64,000 nt of DNA, from contig NC_058368.1 of the NCBI RefSeq assembly GCF_018350175.1, forward strand, positions 236,346,001 through 236,410,000, in the 5' to 3' direction. How positions within the stretch are numbered: position 1 is the stretch's first letter; each line of letters starts with the position of its first letter. A program made the translations under genes and the position numbers. Positions 1-13,149 of this stretch are shown here, one piece after another. Under the pieces are notes generated by a model that was not told the origin of the DNA, made no database searches, and saw only the letters and a program-made list of their open reading frames with translations. Source of the stretch: Felis catus. Lineage: Eukaryota.

Positions 1-666
1 TGGCCATTCTGGCCACCCCGCCTCTTTAGCAGGGGTCTTGGGCCATATCCGGGAAAGCCTCTGGGGAGGGGTGCGTGGGTGTGGGCAGTGGAGCATCTCA
101 TCAGAAGTGGTGATGTTCCGCTCTTGTTTCTGGAGGAACTTCCTCCCAGAAGTGGCAAGCTCCCTTTTCTAAGACACTTCCTTTCCTGCTGCATAGTGAG
201 GTCATTTCCGCTTGGATGAAACCGCTCAATGTTTCCTCTTTCAAGAGGCAGAAGTAATCTGTCGAAAGACATGAGGTAGCAATGGGGCGATGCGAGTGAG
301 CGTTGCCACCCGGCAGGGCTAGTGGGGCTGGGTCCTCAGGAGGTCAGACCAGACCCTGGAGGCGGCATGCGTGTTTCGGGGGGTCCTGGCGCGGAAGTTG
401 TATATAGGAACCCACCTGCCCTGAAGATCAGAAAGGACTGTGTGGACGTGGGCGCAGTGCCCGAGGGTCGTGTACTTAGCATACGTGTGTACGTGCCGCT
501 TGTGAAGGACGCGGGACAGAAAGCTGACTTTGTACCAACGTCCAACGCCACAGGTCACACTGGTTACAACGCTGCTCGGGCATCACACATCGGCATTGAA
601 CGTGCGAATCATATGACGCTGCTCAGCCTGGGAGAGAGCGCTGTCTGGCAGCTTGGGGTTTGAGGC

Positions 667-1397
667 AACGCAGACTGGGGCAGCCGCTCTGGCAAACAGA
701 ACGGAGCTTCCTCAGAGAGTTAAAAATAGAACTACCCTACGACCCAGCCGTCGCTCTGCTGGGTATTCGCCCAAGGATTGCAAGAACGCCGATGCAAAGA
801 GATTCGCACACCTCGCTGTTCATGGCGTTTTTTACAATAGCAGGATTTGCAAGCAGCCCGGGTGCCCGCCTGCGGACGAATGGATGAAGAGGATGGGGCG
901 CGTACGTCTGTTACTCGGCGGGAAAATAGAAAGTGAGACCTGCCATCTGCAACAACATGGGTGGACCTAGAGTGTGTCATGCTAAGTGAGATAAGTCACA
1001 CCGAGAAAGACGGATCCCGCGTGATCTCACTCGTAGGTGGAATCCAAAGCAACAAAACAAAGGACAAAAGCAGAAAGGGACTCCTAAACACAGGACTGAG
1101 GGTTGCCCGAGGGGAGGGGAGGGGAGAGGGAGGGGCAAAGTGGGTGAAGGGGGCTTCCAGCTACAGGATGAGTAAGTGGCAGGAATAAAAGGCACAGCAC
1201 GGGGAACGTGGGCAATGGTGTCGTGCCGTGCGGGGACGTAGCTGCCCTCGCTGTGAGCCCAGCATCGCAGAGAGGCTTGCTGAATCCGTATATTGTGCAC
1301 CTGAAACTCATGCACCATTGAGGCCAACTCTATCTCAATTAAAACATAATAAAATCACCCTCAAAAATTAATTCCATTAAATTAAAAAAAAAAAAAA
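667..1397 (+). mobile_element. LINE-1 3' end (ORF2 C-terminus, 3'UTR, poly-A), carnivore L1-like, strongly GC-shifted
   Basis: Contains L1 motifs ttaaaaatagaactaccctacgacccagc (LKIELPYDPA in ORF 660..887), ggacctagagtgtgtcatgctaagtgagataagtca and tattgtgcacctgaaact. Ends in an A tract at 1384-1397. Confidence 0.9.
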
Positions 1398-1490
1398 GAC
1401 GAGAAACGGTTTTAAACTGGACACTGCCCAGCGTTGACACGACGACCTCCACGCAGGAGATAGAGGCTTCCGTTTCTGACTTTACGTGTG

Positions 1491-1509
1491 TGGCCTGCAG
1501 GGGGCGGTG
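1491..1509 (+). promoter_or_regulatory. Candidate CTCF site
   Basis: tggcctgcagggggcggtg resembles the CTCF consensus TGGCCACCAGGGGGCGCTA. Motif match only. Confidence 0.35.
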
Positions 1510-2199
1510 CGGCTGTGGACCAGTGTCCAGGAGACCGGCTCTCCTGCCCCATCATTGGCTCCAGCCTGGCATCAGGTGCTGCCTTTGAACCTCGCCCACC
1601 AGTAACTGCGAAGATATTGGACAAAGTGCCTCCAGCAGGCAGCACAACCGTCTGAAGAGAGGCCAGGAGACTCGCTTATGTAGCAAATGCACCATCCACC
1701 TGTGTGGGTCTCCCGCAGGAGGAGGGGTGCGGGTCGGCTGCATCATGGGGTCCAAACCCTAAAGGCCACCGTCGGAGCGTCGGGGGGACATGTTTTCAGG
1801 TGCTGCTTGCAGAAGTCACCTCACTTTCAAGGCTATTAGGGCATTTAGAAATATTGATCACTGTGATCGTACGAAGACCAATGAAGTTTCAAGTTTGCCA
1901 TGATTTATTCACGTGGTTAATGTTTTTCCTTCCCATAATACAGCTTCTTAAAAAAAAAAAATACGCCATTTCCTTTTCTTTCTCTGCCCTCCCTCCTCCT
2001 CCTTGGAAGGAGGCTTCCTTCCAAGGATGAAGAGTCAGAAAATTGGATTTGCTGTGTCAGGGAGATAAAGCCAGGAAGTGTCTCTTTGCAAGGGCTTCCC
2101 TACCTCTTTGGAGCCCCAGAGCGAGTCACCTGGGAGGAAACACGACACAAAATGCCAGCTCTTCATTTAGCAAAGACAAAAGGTGTGCTAAAAAGGTCC

Positions 2200-2720
2200 A
2201 CTTCAAAAGGCATCGGATTACTAATCAGGCTAATGACCTGATAGGCAAATCCCCAGATCCGAAGCCCCCATTGTGTTCTCTCCCCGGACCACTTACTGAA
2301 GTCCTTTTGGCTTTTGCCTATTGAAATCCTGCTGCTCCCTAGGTACCCCCTCCCCCCCAAAAAAGGCATTTGTCAGTCTACATTGTTCAAAGACTATTCC
2401 CGAATAGCTTCCCGGTTTTAGTTTTTCCTTTTCTTTAAAAAAAAAAAATGGAGAGAGAGAGAGAGGGAAAGAGAGGTGAAGAAAGGAAAGAAAAGGAAAC
2501 AGAAAGCTGAGTTAAATGGATTAACCACCTTTTCAGTGCGGTGAGGGGAAAGATGCAGTGGGGGCTTTATCCCTCTGGAGGGGCTGAGCACTGCTTTTCA
2601 GATGCGCATATCCCTTTAATGACTTAATCACCTCATTACCTGACTTGCAGGGAGAATTGGTAAAAGCTTGCTGGGCTGGCCTCTCCTTCCCCTACCCTCG
2701 AGTGATTAAGGGCGGGATTC
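2200..2720. promoter_or_regulatory. Candidate enhancer with K50-homeodomain (GATTA/TAATC) site cluster
   Basis: GGATTA at 2215 and 2518, CTAATC at 2221, TAATC at 2625 and TGATTA at 2703, in sequence free of interspersed repeats. Confidence 0.35.
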
Positions 2721-4789
2721 CGGGGGAGAAGAGCCATCCTTGGACCTTAAGATCCTGGAGATAAAGCGCCGGCATAGAAAAACCAAAATAAACCCATTCA
2801 GCAGGAACTGTGAAGTGACTTATTGTAAATCCTCCCTTTGAAACCTTAGGCTCAGAAGGTTCACAGCAGCGTCTGCACACAGCCCCCCTGGTCACGGGCT
2901 TCTCAAGTGTCCTTCCTCGGCACTCTCTTTTATTTCTTTGACAGTTCGCTTTTATTTTTAAGGATTTTATAATTGCTTTCCTTATCCTCCTGCGAGCAAA
3001 CCTCTCTCCACAAGTGTTAGAAAAAGCCCGATTGTGAAGGATAAGGACCGAGAAGGAACCCATGAATAATTTCTTTGCTGAGGAATTCAAGATTCGGAAT
3101 ACAGAAGCTGCCCTGGACTAACCAACCCCAGGCTCCCCCTCTCCCCCTACTGTGCACCTACACAAGGGGGAAATTCACACGGAATTGGGGTGGAGGGAGC
3201 CCCGTGTGGAAGTCCACTGTGCACCCTTGGCTTTTCCAATCCCTGCGATCGATCGATCGCCTGTGAAGTCTTGCCGGGGGTGGGGAGGAAGGGGGGGGGT
3301 CTGTAAAAGGTGACCTCTAGAGACTGATAACAAGTGGAGCTTCAGAAGGAGACATAACCCCCACCCAGAATGCCTGGGGGGCAAGAGCACACGCCTTCCA
3401 AGTCCCTTGTGCCTGCACCTCTTGGCTGCTCTCCAGCCCAGACCTGAACTCACTAGTGTCTCCCAACAAGGTGCCAGATTGTCCCTGGTGGCTCCCTTCT
3501 GACCCCCGTGGAGAGGCAGGGCTCCTGGAGAGAGGAAACTGCCTGGGGGCTTTACTCGTGGCCCTGGAACGGAGGAAGTGAGCACACAAGGACCTCATTT
3601 CCTTTTACTCCCCCAGTGAGTGCTGATGAGGAAGGGCATGTGACACTCACTTGAGACACACAGAGTGTCTCATGCTTCCCGGCTTATCTAAGAATTGCTC
3701 TGTGACCAGCTTCTGTACTGCTGTCCCCACACCTTGCGTTTCAAAAGGTGATTCCTAAAGAGGATCGTTCACTGCCTCTGAGTCACAGAGCTGTTTCAGG
3801 AGTCCCACTGTGGAGGGGGCCACACTGTCCCCAGATCTTCTCCCCTCCAGTAGGTCCCTGGGAGGCCAGGCTCAGGAAGACACTCAGTCCTGTAGAATTT
3901 GGCAGTTGTCCGTTAATGGTAACAGCAGTGTTGAAAAGAACAGTCATTCGCAGAAGAGAATCACCTGTGCAGGTGAGGAGGCGACCTCGCCGTCGGCGAG
4001 GCCGGCATGGCCGGGCCAGTTGGACGGACACCTCAATGGCTCAAGGAACAACACCATGTGTCCACTTACTGGTCAAGAGAGCCATCTGCCCTGGGCCTAG
4101 CCATTCCTCACGGGTTCCCACAGGGAAGGGTAAATAAGCAGAGAATATTTGTGCGTCTTGAAAAACTTCACCATCTCCTGCACTCAGGTGAGCACTGAGA
4201 AGAATGACAGAATCATCAAGTCCCGAGCAAAAAATCTTGGTTCAAAACAATCTGAAGAACCAAACAAAAAGACAACGGAAAAAAAGGGATGATCTTTCTG
4301 TTTCCCCGAAGACCAGTGACTACCAATCGTACAGGTACAGTTGAAGGAAAATCTAGTGATCACATGACCATATTCTGGGCGCACATATCAACTTGTTGGC
4401 TGTAAAACACAGGATCTGAGAGATTTGATTAACTAGTCTTAGGTATTTCAAACACCAAAGGAAGATCTCTCCTTAAGAAACAGTTATTTAGGTATGTATT
4501 TCCCAGGGGACCCAGGTAAACTTCCACAGCACTTACCAAAACTTAGAGAAGTTAGCCCCATCTCCAGTGGGTAGAGTGTTGCCTGTTTTACGTGCCCTCC
4601 AGCCTCCAAATCTGTCCCTCGTTCCCACCCACCCTCGGTCCTGCTGATGAGCTCGCCTTTTACTAAAAGGCAGACTGTGCTGAGATGTCCCACAAGTTGC
4701 TTTTGTTTCCCTTAAATTTTCTCCCATCAAGAACAGGAAAATCTCCCATGTAGAAGAAGTCTAAATATTCGGTGAATGTGCTTCTCCTT

Positions 4790-5415
4790 CCTCTTCCTAC
4801 CAGTGGGTGCTGCAGAGTGACTGGGTTCCCCGAAGTGCAGTGCAGAGAGGCAGGAGGGGGGGTCACCTTCCAGGGGAGAACCCTGTCAAATGTGACCGCA
4901 GCCAGACGACCGAGGTCAGCACCAACAGTGATCAGTCATGTTGATAGCACACAATGAAAGTAGCACTTCTGTGGTCTTCCTCCAAGAGCCCATGACCCCA
5001 GTCCTAGCTGGTCCCAGGAGAAACCTCAGACGGACCTCCGTTGAGGGACAGGATACAAAATCCTTGAACAGAAGTCCTCAAGAACTGTCAAGGTCATCAA
5101 AAACAAATAAAGCTGAAGACACGGGCAACAGCCAAGAGGAGCCCAAGGAGACAGGACGCCCTGTTGTCATGTGATCTTCGGGATGAGATCCTGGAATAGA
5201 AAAAGCACAGCGGGAAAAGCCAAGGAGGTTCAAGCAAAGTGTGAGACTTTGGATGCTGACACCATACCCGCGCCGGCTTCTTAACGGTAACAAAGGCCCC
5301 GCGGAAATGCCGGGAACACAGAAAACTGGGTTCTGCGTAGATGGAGACTGTATTCTTGCGACGTTTCTATGAATCTAAACGTATTCTCAATTAAAAAACT
5401 AAATGATATATAAAA
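4790..5415 (+). mobile_element. Old L1 (L1MC-type) 3'UTR fragment
   Basis: Contains cagtgatcagtcatgttgatagca, gtcctcaagaactgtcaaggtcatcaaaaac and gatcctggaatagaaaaag, with an A-rich end. Confidence 0.8.
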
Positions 5416-5719
5416 AAATTACTCAGGACAAAATACATCACATCAGAGACTGGCCACTGTGGTTGTATTTGCATGGCATCCCTTCACTAAGACCGTTAAC
5501 CCTCTGGTTTTACTGGAAATTCCAACTCACCTGGGCATGTGCTTCAACGTGATCACTGAAGGATGTGCGTGTGCGTGTGTGTGCGTGTGCGTGACCTTCT
5601 AGCGGCCGCTGGCTGGTTTCTCAGCGCCTCTTCAAAGCACATCTCTTACAGGTGGTTACCGTGTCGGGCTCTTTAACATACACCAGGCAGGTTCCGTCGA
5701 ACTGGCCTTTTGAAGACCG

Positions 5720-6575
5720 AGCTGCCAGGGCTAATGGGGACACACTTCCGTCCTTGTCCTACTCATCTCCTGAGCACTGGACGCGGTCAGCCATCCCCTT
5801 CTTCCAGGAAGCATGGGTCTCCTCGGACTTTTCAGAGGCCATGCTCTCCTGGTTTCTCTCACCCCCCGTCTACCCTTCCTGATTTCGTTTGCCAGTTCGT
5901 TCTCTCCTTTGACATCCAATCACCATCTCAGGTGTCTGATTTCAAGATGGAGTCACTATGCACTTCTGAGCCCACTGTCTCCCACCCGGAGGCCTGACTG
6001 GCTTCCCAGCCTCCACACTGGCCCCTTCGCCCAACTGCCACCAAAGCCGAACCTTCCCGCCACAGCTGAGAGAGATTTGACACACGTAATGAGGTCACAT
6101 CTTTCCCTCCTAAAACATTCGAATGGCTTCCTGTTCTCCTTACAGTCAAAAGCCCAGTCTTTATCAAGTCTGGCCCCTAATGACCGTCCAGGTCATACTG
6201 GCCCTTAATACCTTTATACTTTATGTACCCAGGTCCCAGCAGAGACCCTCACTCACCACTAGGGGGTCCCTGGACACCTTTCCTGTGCAGCCTTGGGTCC
6301 TGGTTTTTACCACCAGGCTTCTGTCTCCAGGCCAATGTGATTCCTTCAGCCCTTAGGACCCCAACAACAAACCATGTGCCCTTCTCATGGTCATTAATTC
6401 AGTTCTGTGGACCATTTGCCTGTCCATATTTGTTTTTTTCTTTCTTTTTTTTTTTTGTTTGTTTGTTTGTTTTCCTACTGGATTGCAGTGGTCTTGGAAT
6501 CAGGAGACATACCTTCCTATCTTCACGGTCCCAAGAAGGCCTTTGGGGAGGAGTTCAACTCATGCTAAATGGATC
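5720..6575 (+). mobile_element. LINE-2 3' fragment
   Basis: Contains ctctcctggtttctctc, aggtcacatctttccctcctaaaacattcgaatggcttcc and a degenerate L2 terminus. Confidence 0.65.
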
Positions 6576-6770
6576 ACATTAACCCCAGAAACTACTCCCC
6601 TTTATAACCAGTATCTGATGGCAAAACTGACTTACAAATCCTGACTTCTGTTTTTTGTATGTGTTCGTCCCGCTCCATTGTAGCAATAATTGTCCGCCTC
6701 TTTGAAAACATAATTTCAGCAAATCAGTAGGTGGTGGGAGATTTGTCACTGTCTTTGAACTTGCGACTTT

Positions 6771-6997
6771 TTACTTTTAAAAAATTTTTTAACGTTTATT
6801 CATTTTTGAGAGAGAGAGAGAGAGACAGAGTGTGAGTGGGGGAGGGGCCGAGAGAGAGGGAGACACAGAATCCAAAGCAGGCTCTAGGCTCTGAGTAGTC
6901 AGCACAGAGCCTGACGCGGGGCTCGAACCCACAAACTGTGAGATCATGATCTGAGCTGAAGTCGGATGCTCAACCGACTGAGCCACCCAGGCGCCCC
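6771..6997 (-). mobile_element. Can-SINE (feliform type)
   Basis: Reverse complement reads GGGGCGCCTGGGTGGCTCAGTCGGTTGAGC with tRNA-like A/B boxes, then a (CT)n tract and an AATAAA/A tail. Confidence 0.97.
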
Positions 6998-7799
6998 ATT
7001 ACCTTGTGAATTTTTAGAAATTGAAGACAGTCTTCATCATCGAAGCAGGAAGGATTTTGAAACAGAATCATAACAGGTGATCATGTTTGCTGTTGGAATT
7101 GTCTCAACACCAGACAAGCACTGAAACCTGGGACGGCCAGGAAACTCAAGCTGAGAGATAAGTGTCCATCGATCGACCCGGCCAGATCGCATGGTACCAG
7201 ATGGGATTGTCCGCAGATGTGGCTTTGGTGCCCTGTCTTTTGTCTGAGTGCGGAGAAATCGCTGCGTCCTTTGGGGGCTCCATTAGCATTCGGAAGGACA
7301 TTTTCATCCCTGGGTTCCATAAAATATCATGAATTGGCTTGGAACTAAGAGTGAAGCTGAGTAAAGCTTTAAGATGAAAATGTATCTAAAGGGATTAAGG
7401 TGACATATGGCGGTTCTTGAGGGGAGGAGGGGAGGCGTCTCAGATTTACACGAAATCTGTATTTAGAGCTGAAAGGCGATGCCTCTCCGAGGTGCCCCTG
7501 TCCCCCCGAGACCTGGAGGGGGCTCGGCCGGACCAGGGGAGGCTAAATAAAGTTTTCCCTTCTGTGAGGGGCTGGGAGTGACACGGGGAAACCTGGTCGC
7601 CTTTGTTTCCTATTGAAGACCCTCGGAGAGGAATGCCCACCCTTGTTTGGAGGGCTAATATCCGCTGCGAGACAAGGGGCACCCCTATTGTGCCGGTCAA
7701 CAGTGGCTCTATTAGAAACATTCAATGCCTTTCCAGGGCTACACGATGTGTCCTGCAATTCCATTTTCTCCATGACCGCAGGAAAGGGAAATCAGGTAA

Positions 7800-8280
7800 T
7801 TAAATGTGAGAAGTCAGAGGCCGGGCTGGGAGCCCTTTCTGCTCAGTTAGCTCTCCCCATGCAGCTGCCCAGCTGTGGCCGGGGGGCCGCACAAAGGCTC
7901 CGCGCTGCCCGGCGCACCGCGGAGCGCGCAGCCTCGTTGTCAGGAACCAGCAAGCCAGCCGTGTCCCGCTCCGTGTCCTTCTTCCCATCAACTTGAAAAG
8001 CTCCGGCGGGTGGGGGCCCCTGTCGCAGGACACGCTTTATGCTCCGGGCTTCATTGTCCGGGGGCAGATGTCGGAGCCCCGGGGGCGTGGTCGGAGCCCC
8101 AAATGGCCAGGAAAGAGCGCAGGAAGCCGGATGGGGGGGCAGGTGGGGCCGAGAGAAGCCGCGTGGACGCGCCAGGCGCTGGCGCGCGCGGAGCTGGCTT
8201 TCTGCCTTCGTTCCCCCTTTTCAGGGTTTTTTTTACAGGTGCCTATGGTGCTGGGTAGGAGGTCGACACCTTTAAGATGA
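7800..8280. promoter_or_regulatory. CpG-rich island, candidate promoter or regulatory element
   Basis: High GC, dense CpG (ccgcgc, gcgcgcgcgg) and no repeats. Flanked by a SOX/TAAT-containing block at 7600-7810 and an AT-rich block at 8500-8800. Confidence 0.55.
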
Positions 8281-11200
8281 AAAGAATCGGATGCTAATTG
8301 TACTCGAGGTGTTAGAAAGACTGATCAAGGAATCTAGACTTAAGGCTTATGGCCTTTGGGAAGGACACGGAACCTGGGGCCGCTGCTGCTGGGGAGGAGC
8401 CCACCGGGGTCCAGGCACTGCCCAGAGGGAGCTCGAGGGCCTCGCCTTCCACCCGAGGCTCCGGAAGGGCCGGCCACCTGTTCGGTTTGGCTTCATTGGG
8501 TTTCAATATAAATAACTATGTTTGACATTTCAATTTAGTTCTTACAGCTTTTAATACATTTTCATACTGTATTCTTCTACAGATAATTTACTTCCCAAGC
8601 TTTTGTGATAATAAGAAACTTGATGGGGGGGAAAAAAAAACGTTCTCATTTATGTGTAAATTTTGTTAACTGTGTGATCTGCATAATCATTTTCTCCCAA
8701 TGTTGCTGGTTTTGAGTTGGCATGTTTGAATTTTATAAGTGAGCAACTATATTTCCTTTTTTTTTTTTTTAAGCCATTAAAGCACAGAGCGATGTGACTT
8801 CACGACTTTCATTTTGAAACCGAATGCCTGGAAGGTAGTTCCAAATGACGAGGACCACGCTGGACGAACACGCTGGTCAAGTTTGGCCACATTTGCGTTT
8901 GAAATACTACAGTGCAATTTTATGCGGATTCAGTGTTACCAAAGTGGGATCGCACTCCACCCTGCCACCTTCGCAGAACACGGGGCCAGGAAAGGCCTGT
9001 GACTATTTGCTGTGTGGCCAGAACTTCCTGGGCTCCAAGTGTGTTCTCACACCTTCACTTACCAGGTCCCACCCAGGCCAGCCTTGAGCAACGCAGTCCA
9101 AGAGAGTGTCCCCACCTGTCCCCTCCTTGGATTCTGACCCCCCCTCCCCACAGGGGATTCCTGGGTCCCCGTGTCACACAGGGTGCCTGCCCCACAACTT
9201 CCTGTTCCTGGGCCCCTTTATTCCTTCCCTGGTTTTCACACCTGCGTCCCTTCCCCTGGGCAATCTGAGACCTAGAGACAGACATGTCCTGCCCCACCAA
9301 AGCCTCCGAAATGTTCGTGGACAAATGAAGCCACTGCTTTCCCACCGCTCACACAACCATGAAGGATTTCCTCCCCCCAAACCCTGAAAGAAGCCGTGGA
9401 CAGTACAAACAACAACGACAACAACGACAAAAAGAATTTCTTGGGGACGATCAGATTCAGAGATAACGTTTTGAACTCAGCCTCTATATTCGTCCATGAT
9501 GATCTGTCCTGGGTTAATTGTATTTTTCAATAAGAAATAAAAGATAATCCACTCGGTGTAGCAGCTTAAAGCCTGCTTTGCTTCGTTCTTCTGCACTGTT
9601 TCAGAGGTGGAGGGTTCGAGGCTGGGATTCCCCTGGCTACGGTCTGCAGGGTCCTGGGGTCCTGTGGGGCTGCCCTCCCCAGCCCCGTCCACACGCAGGC
9701 ATCCGTGAGCAAAATGCCCATGTGCAGGGTTGGGATTCAAAGCTACCAAGGAGTGACTATTTTTAAAAGACAAACAGACCTGCTTTCTGATACTGTTAAT
9801 ACAAAATGTCAGCTGGGAGCTTGATTTTAGGGTTGAATACAATTACTTGTTCCTGTTTGACTTGACACATCACAGCTGGGAGCCAAATTTGGTGGGGAAA
9901 ACCAAATTTCGCGTCGTCCTGCCTGACACGAAGTCAGAACAGTTTGTTTATGAAATCTGTTTGAAATGTGCTGTTCTTGTTTTCAGTTGTCGTACGTCGC
10001 AAGCCGGGGTTCGCGCGGCGTAGCTCAGAAAACCAAATCACAGAGAAAGTGCAGCAGAAAGCAGATAGCCCGAATTCTCTGAAGGAATTCTGAATGTTTA
10101 TAATCTCCCCAACTCTTTTGCAAAACTGTCAGAGAATTACGTGATTTCCCGCTCACCCGTGAGAACATGAGCGGAGCGTGATGGGCCGCAAACCCAGGGG
10201 TCTCTCCGCCGAAAATGATGCCTTTGAAGACTCTGTCGCTGGGTCTCCTACTTTTCCGAAAGTTCCATGTTTCCTGGTGCAGGGACGTTGTGGATAGCTG
10301 GCTTGGTAGAAGCTTGTAAGTGGAGTAGCCATCACGTGCCGTGTAGACGCTGCTTTGTTGGCGATGGTGGTGGCGTTTGAGGTGACAGTGAATTTAGTTG
10401 TTCTCAATATAAAAAAAATAGAATAAAATCGAAGTATGCCTCCGGTGGGAAGGGGTAGACAGGGTTTTCGTTCCACAGCTGCAGCAGTGGATTAGCTCTC
10501 TAACCAGGCTTCCTCAACAGCTACCTGTGTGAAAGGAGATTGGAGGCGAAAACCTTAGGAAACCACTGCCGTCCGAGAGCTGTGGACCCAGCTCTGGCCA
10601 AACAGGAACCTGGAGGAGACGGGCCCACGGGCTACACAGAGGAGGCTCTCACACATCTCGGAACGCAGAACAAGGGCTCCTGGCCCTCACGGAGGGAGGT
10701 GAGGCCCCCCGGACTGTAGGTGGGGACATGGGGTGAACAGTAGGAACTAAATCCGAGAGGAATGGGGCTTTCAGTGAGTTCCCTTTTCTGGTGTCTATGC
10801 CAGTGGGTCTGCATTCCCTTGCTTGGAACATTGCAAAACAAATGAACAAAAGAACCGGGGGCCAAACCCCCCTCTGTCTCAAGAAACATCGTCAAGTGGC
10901 AGTCAGGTGTGTCCCCTAAGAAGGAACACGAACTTGTTCAGCATCTCCTGGGCTGGGACTCCCCGGGTGGTGGTGGGGGTGTTCCTGTGCTGTCCCTCCT
11001 GTGCACAGTTTCAGTGCCCTGTGCTGGGACAGGCACAGCCACACAATTACCCTGAAGGAGAGTGAATAGTGTGTGCACAGTAGGAAACTCGGAGGCTCGG
11101 CGGCCATTGATGGCAGCTGCAGACAATGAGAGGCTTTGATTGGTGAGGTCCCGGTCCGTCGTGCGTGGTTTCATGGACCTGTTACAGAAGTACAGGAGCA

Positions 11201-13149
11201 AGAAACCTGAATGTTGACTCAACCTATCCATATTATTGAAAGACAGGTGCAGAATAGAAATGGGGGACTTTAAAATTAGGAATAATTTATGGTTGAAAAC
11301 CCCAAATCAAATACTCCTTTGCTACTGATCTGCATACTAATGGGTATCTTAGTAGTTAATTACAATGTAGATATCCAATATATTCGCCTTTTAATTCGAC
11401 AACGTCATTGCTTTAAATGAAGTTAGTTATGCCACGATCAAGCAATGCCATTTGTGAAAGGTGAGTGGACAGATGCATGCGGTCTAGCAACAAAGGTGTA
11501 TGCTTTTTAAAAAATTATTTGAATGCCAATCTCCATCAATCGCAAGGCAAAATTCCGATATGAAATACATATTTTTCAAGGTCCCACTTGACGGGCTATT
11601 TGGGAGAAATGTACTGAACATGTTCAACGTAGAATAAGAAAGAAAGGGCTGTATTTACCCAGGTAGCAAGACATAGGTGTGGCTCCACCCCTCCTCCCTC
11701 ATCCCTACCCAATATGTCAAAGCCAACCTAGTCTTTCTAGTTGATAGGAATATCTAAAATAATAATAATAATCAAATGTTGTTTTGAAACAAGGTACTGC
11801 CCAGTGTTCAAGGACGTACAGTGGTGAGAGGGTCTAGACAGTGTAAAGAAGACCACCTCTGGAAAGCCGAATGCCTGGCGGTCCCTGCCATGGCACCAGG
11901 TGCCCACCTGCCACCAAGCAGACCTGTGCTCTGGGGGGTCATTTATTCATGGCCTCTGCGGTGTCCTCTTGGATTTCCCATCCCTCTCTCAGCGTGGCCA
12001 CCTCTCGCTGTGCTCAAGCGTGATGGCTTTCTGTCCACTCGGGACTCCGAGGGGTAGCGAGGGAGGGTCCCGGGCAGCCTGGAAGGGCTGGAGACCCGTG
12101 GCCGTGCTTGGTCTGACTTCTCTGTCTCCATGCTGTCTTCGTTTGGGCCATTATGACACAGCTTGCACAAATCTGGTTCGAGCCCTTCCTGCTCAAGGTT
12201 GTCATCCGGCAGAGGACCAGGTAGGTGTGGGGATGTGTGGGCGGGCTCAGCGCTGGACGAGGGGTGGTAATTCCCCACCTGCTGAGTCTCCAGAACTCTG
12301 TCTTGTGCAAACTTTGCTCTGAGTATTGTCGGTCCCAAAGAGCACAGTGGCTTCCCCCACCCACACCCGGACTGTGAACTCCTACAGGGAGTAGTGTAAG
12401 CTGGGAAACTTCTGTCTCATCCCTTTCCGGGAGGAGGAGATACTCAGCATGCCCTCAGGACTCTGATGCCAGCCCAGCTCGGTCTCACCCGCTGTGGAGT
12501 CCCCATCGTCCCGGAGGGGAGGTGACGCTTCCAGAGGGACAGGGTAGGAGGCAGACTGGGCCCACTGACAGCACCCAGGGCCTCTGTCCCTTGGATCTGG
12601 GAAATCTGGAGGTCCCCACCAAGGGAGGCCCGGACAGGAAGCTTCCCTTTCTGGACCCTTCCCTTGCACAGGCCCCTTTCCGGGTCTGGGGAGGCATCTC
12701 AGAAAGGCCGTATGCTTGCTTTCTTCAAGTGAGCAAATACAGGCACCTACATGCCTGAGTAGACCCTTGCCTTGCACCGTATAAGCCTCAGGTCCCACGA
12801 GGCCTGGGATCCTCGTGCCCCGGGTGGGATTTCCTTCACAGGAAACCCAGGAACTTCCTAGTGTGGATCAGATCAGGAGCATTTAGAAAACAGTGCAGAC
12901 TGCAGTATCCTATTTCAACTTGCCGCTAAAACCTGTGCTCACTGTCCAAACTCTTCTAGCCCCTGCCCTCTCCCCCTGTAATTCTTCCAGCCAGTCAGGA
13001 CCTACTGGTTTCTCAGAAGACAAGAAATTGGTCAGAGTAATGATTCGATAGTCAAGGGTTCATCGGGGGCCGAGGTTGGTAGGAAAGAGCTAATCTCCCA
13101 ATCCTCACTCTTTTCCTTTGTTTTACTCTAACAAGACCCATCACCATTC

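Noticed and set aside
272..290. TGAGGTAG, resembling the 5' end of let-7
   Set aside because: The following sequence does not match let-7 and I see no precursor hairpin.
3245..3260. Perfect 16-bp palindrome gcgatcgatcgatcgc
   Set aside because: A short (GATC)n microsatellite, which is inherently self-complementary.
3615..3672. Two adjacent 8-bp inverted repeats
   Set aside because: Short stems are expected by chance in 64 kb, and there is no miRNA-length hairpin.
6789..6986. Recurrent MAQSV...SAQVMIS...SSPASGS ORFs and tRNA-like boxes (also at 42148, 47941, 59318)
   Set aside because: These are Can-SINE translations. The tRNA similarity is the SINE head, not a tRNA gene.
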